Source of the DNA: Octopus vulgaris
Lineage: Eukaryota
Length of the DNA: 64,000 bases
Direction of reading: 5' to 3'
Assembly: GCA_951406725.2 (NCBI GenBank)
Contig: OX597817.1
Span: 164,796,001 to 164,860,000 of the forward strand
Made by a program: the position numbers and the translations under genes. Under the pieces are notes generated by a model, which was not told the origin of the DNA, made no database searches, and worked only from the letters and a program-made list of their open reading frames with translations. Positions 61,641 to 64,000 of this stretch are shown here, piece after piece. Position 1 is the stretch's first letter. The number at the start of each line of letters is the position of its first letter.

Positions 61641-64000
61641 ATCTTTGATCTCTGTCGATATTCCATTTGATCCCTGTCGGCATTCCTCTTTGATTTCTGT
61701 CGGAACTCCCCTTTGAACTATGTCGGCATTCCTCTTTGATCTCTGTCGGCATTTCACTTTGATCTTTGACGGCATTCCTCTTTGATCTCTGTCGGTACTC
61801 CTCTTTGATCTCTGTCGGCATTCCTATTTGATCTCTGTCGGTACTCTTCTTTGATCTCTGTCGGTACTCCTATTTGATATCTGTCGGTACTCCCCTTTGA
61901 TCTCTCTCGGTATTCCTCTTTGATCTCCGTCGGTTATCCCCTTTGATCTCTGTCGGCATTCCACTTTGATCTCTGACATCATTCCTCTTTGATCTCTGTC
62001 GGCATTCCTCTTTGATCTCTGTCGGTACTCCTCTTTGATCTCTGTCGGCACTCCTTTTTGATCTCTGTCGGTACTCCTCTTTGATCTTTTCGGTACTTTC
62101 CTTTGATCTCTGTTGGCATTCCTCTTTGATCTCTGTCGGTTCTCCTATTTGATATCTGTCGGTACTCTCCTTTGTTCTCTCTCAGTACACCTCTTTAATC
62201 TCTGTCGGCACTCCTCTTTGATCTCTGTCGGTATTCCTCTTTGATCTTTGTCGGTCCTCTCCTTTGATCTTTGTCGGCATTCCTCTTTGATCTCTGTCGG
62301 CATTCCTCTTTGATCTCTGTCGGTCCTCTCCTTTAATCTCTGTCGGCATTCCTCTTTGATCTCTGACGGCATTCCTCTTTGATCTCTGTCGGTACTCCTC
62401 TTTGATCTCTGTCGGTACTCCTCTTTGATCTCTATTTTTGTTGTTTTTGTAAAATCTCAGAAAATGATTAAAAATTCACATTTTTATCAAATTATTTTGA
62501 TCTCCGACGGCATTCCTCTTTGAACTCTGTCGGTACTCCCCTTTGATCTCTATCGGCATTCCTCTTTGATCTCTGTCGGTACCCCTCTTTGATCTCTGTC
62601 GGCATTCCTCTTTGATCTCTGTCGGCATTCCGCTTTGATCTCTATCGGCATTCCTCTTTGATCTCTGACGGCATTCCTCATTGATCTCTGTCGGTACTCC
62701 TCTTTGATCTCTATCGGCAATCCTCTTTGATCTCTGTCGGTACTCCCCTTTGATCTCTGTCGGCATTCCTCTTTGATCTCTGTCGGATGAATTCTTTGAT
62801 CTTTGTTGGCATTCCTCTTTGATCTCTGACGGCATTCCTCTTTGATCTCTGTCGGTACTCCCCTCTGATCTCTGTCGGCATTCCTCTTTGGTCTATGTCG
62901 GTACTCCTCTTTGATCTCTGTCGGCATTCCTCTTTGATCTCGTCGGTACTCGTATTGGATATCTGTCGGTACTCCCCTTGATCTCTCTCGGTATTCCTAT
63001 TTGATCTTTGTCGGTAATCCCCTTTGATCTCTGTCGGCAATCCTCTTTGACCTCTGACGGCATTTTTATTTGATCTCTGACGGCATTCCTCTTTGATCTC
63101 TGTCGGTACTCCCCATTGATCTCTGTCGGCATTCCTCTTTGATCTATGTCGGTACTCCTCTTTGATCTCTGTTGGCATTCCTCTTTGATCTCTGTCGGTA
63201 CTCCTATTTGATATCTGTCGGTACTCCCCTTTGATCTCTCTCGGCATTCCTATTTGATCTTTGTCGGTAATCCCCTTTGATCTATGTCGGTACTCCTCTT
63301 TGATATCTGTCGGCAATCCTATTTGATGTCTGTCGGCACTTCTATTTGATCTCTGTCGGTACTTCCCTTTGATCTCTGTCGGCATTCCTCTTTGATCTCT
63401 GTCGGTATTCCTATTTGATCTCTGTCGGTACTCCCCCTTGATTTCTCTCAGTACTCCTCTTTGAGCTCTGTTTGTACTCACCTTTGATCTCTGTCGGCAT
63501 TCCTCTTTGGTCTCTGACGGCGTTCCTCTTTGATCTCTGTCGGTACTCCCCTTTGATCTCTGTCGGCATTCCTCTTTGATCTCTGACGGCATTCCTCTTT
63601 GATCTCTGTCGGCATTCCTCTTTGATATTTGACGGCATTTATCTTTGATATCTGTCGGCAATCCTCTTTGATCTCTGTCGGCATTCCTCTTTGATCTCTG
63701 CCGTAATCCTATTTGATCTCTGTCGGTACTCCCCTTTGATCTCTCTCGGTAGCCTCTTTGATCTCTGACGGCATTCCTCTGTGATCTCTGTCGGTATTCC
63801 CCTTTGATCTCTGTCGGCATTCCTCTTTGATCTCTGTCAGTACTCCTCTTTGATCACTGTCGGCACTCCTCTTTGATCTCTCTCGGTACTCCCCTTTGAT
63901 CTCTATCCGCATTCCCCTTTGATCTCTGTCGGCAATCCTCTTTGATCTCTGTCGGCATTCTTCTTTGATCCCTGTCGGTACTCCTATTTGATCTCAGGCG
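61641..64000. repeat. 23-bp satellite, second array, runs off the window
   Basis: Same monomer and same entry junction (cccataaatctttgatctctgtcgatattcc) as at 30150. Confidence 0.97.

Overview
Eukaryotic, repeat-rich DNA. The SINE families and microsatellite load point to a cephalopod, most likely Octopus (inference). Bases 1-26.3 kb are SINE-, Helitron- and MITE-rich sequence holding the last five coding exons of a HemK-family (HEMK1/mtPrmC-like, NPPY motif) methyltransferase on the + strand, plus a decayed Hsmar1-like mariner. From about 26,321 to the end is a composite satellite domain. It is built from an A4T4-block satellite, 32-bp minisatellite islands, a 23-bp GATC satellite with a 986-bp higher-order repeat, (TA)n-spaced modules and seven full or partial copies of a 1.14-kb solo LTR, amplified at nested periods of about 4.1, 11.8 and 32 kb. 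A 5'-truncated but nearly intact CR1-group LINE sits in one (TA)n tract. Its ORF2 has no usable AUG and its reading frame opens 6 nt before a U_UUU_UUA slippery heptamer in ORF1, which suggests retrovirus-style -1 ribosomal frameshifting. Most ORF-track entries are repeat artefacts.
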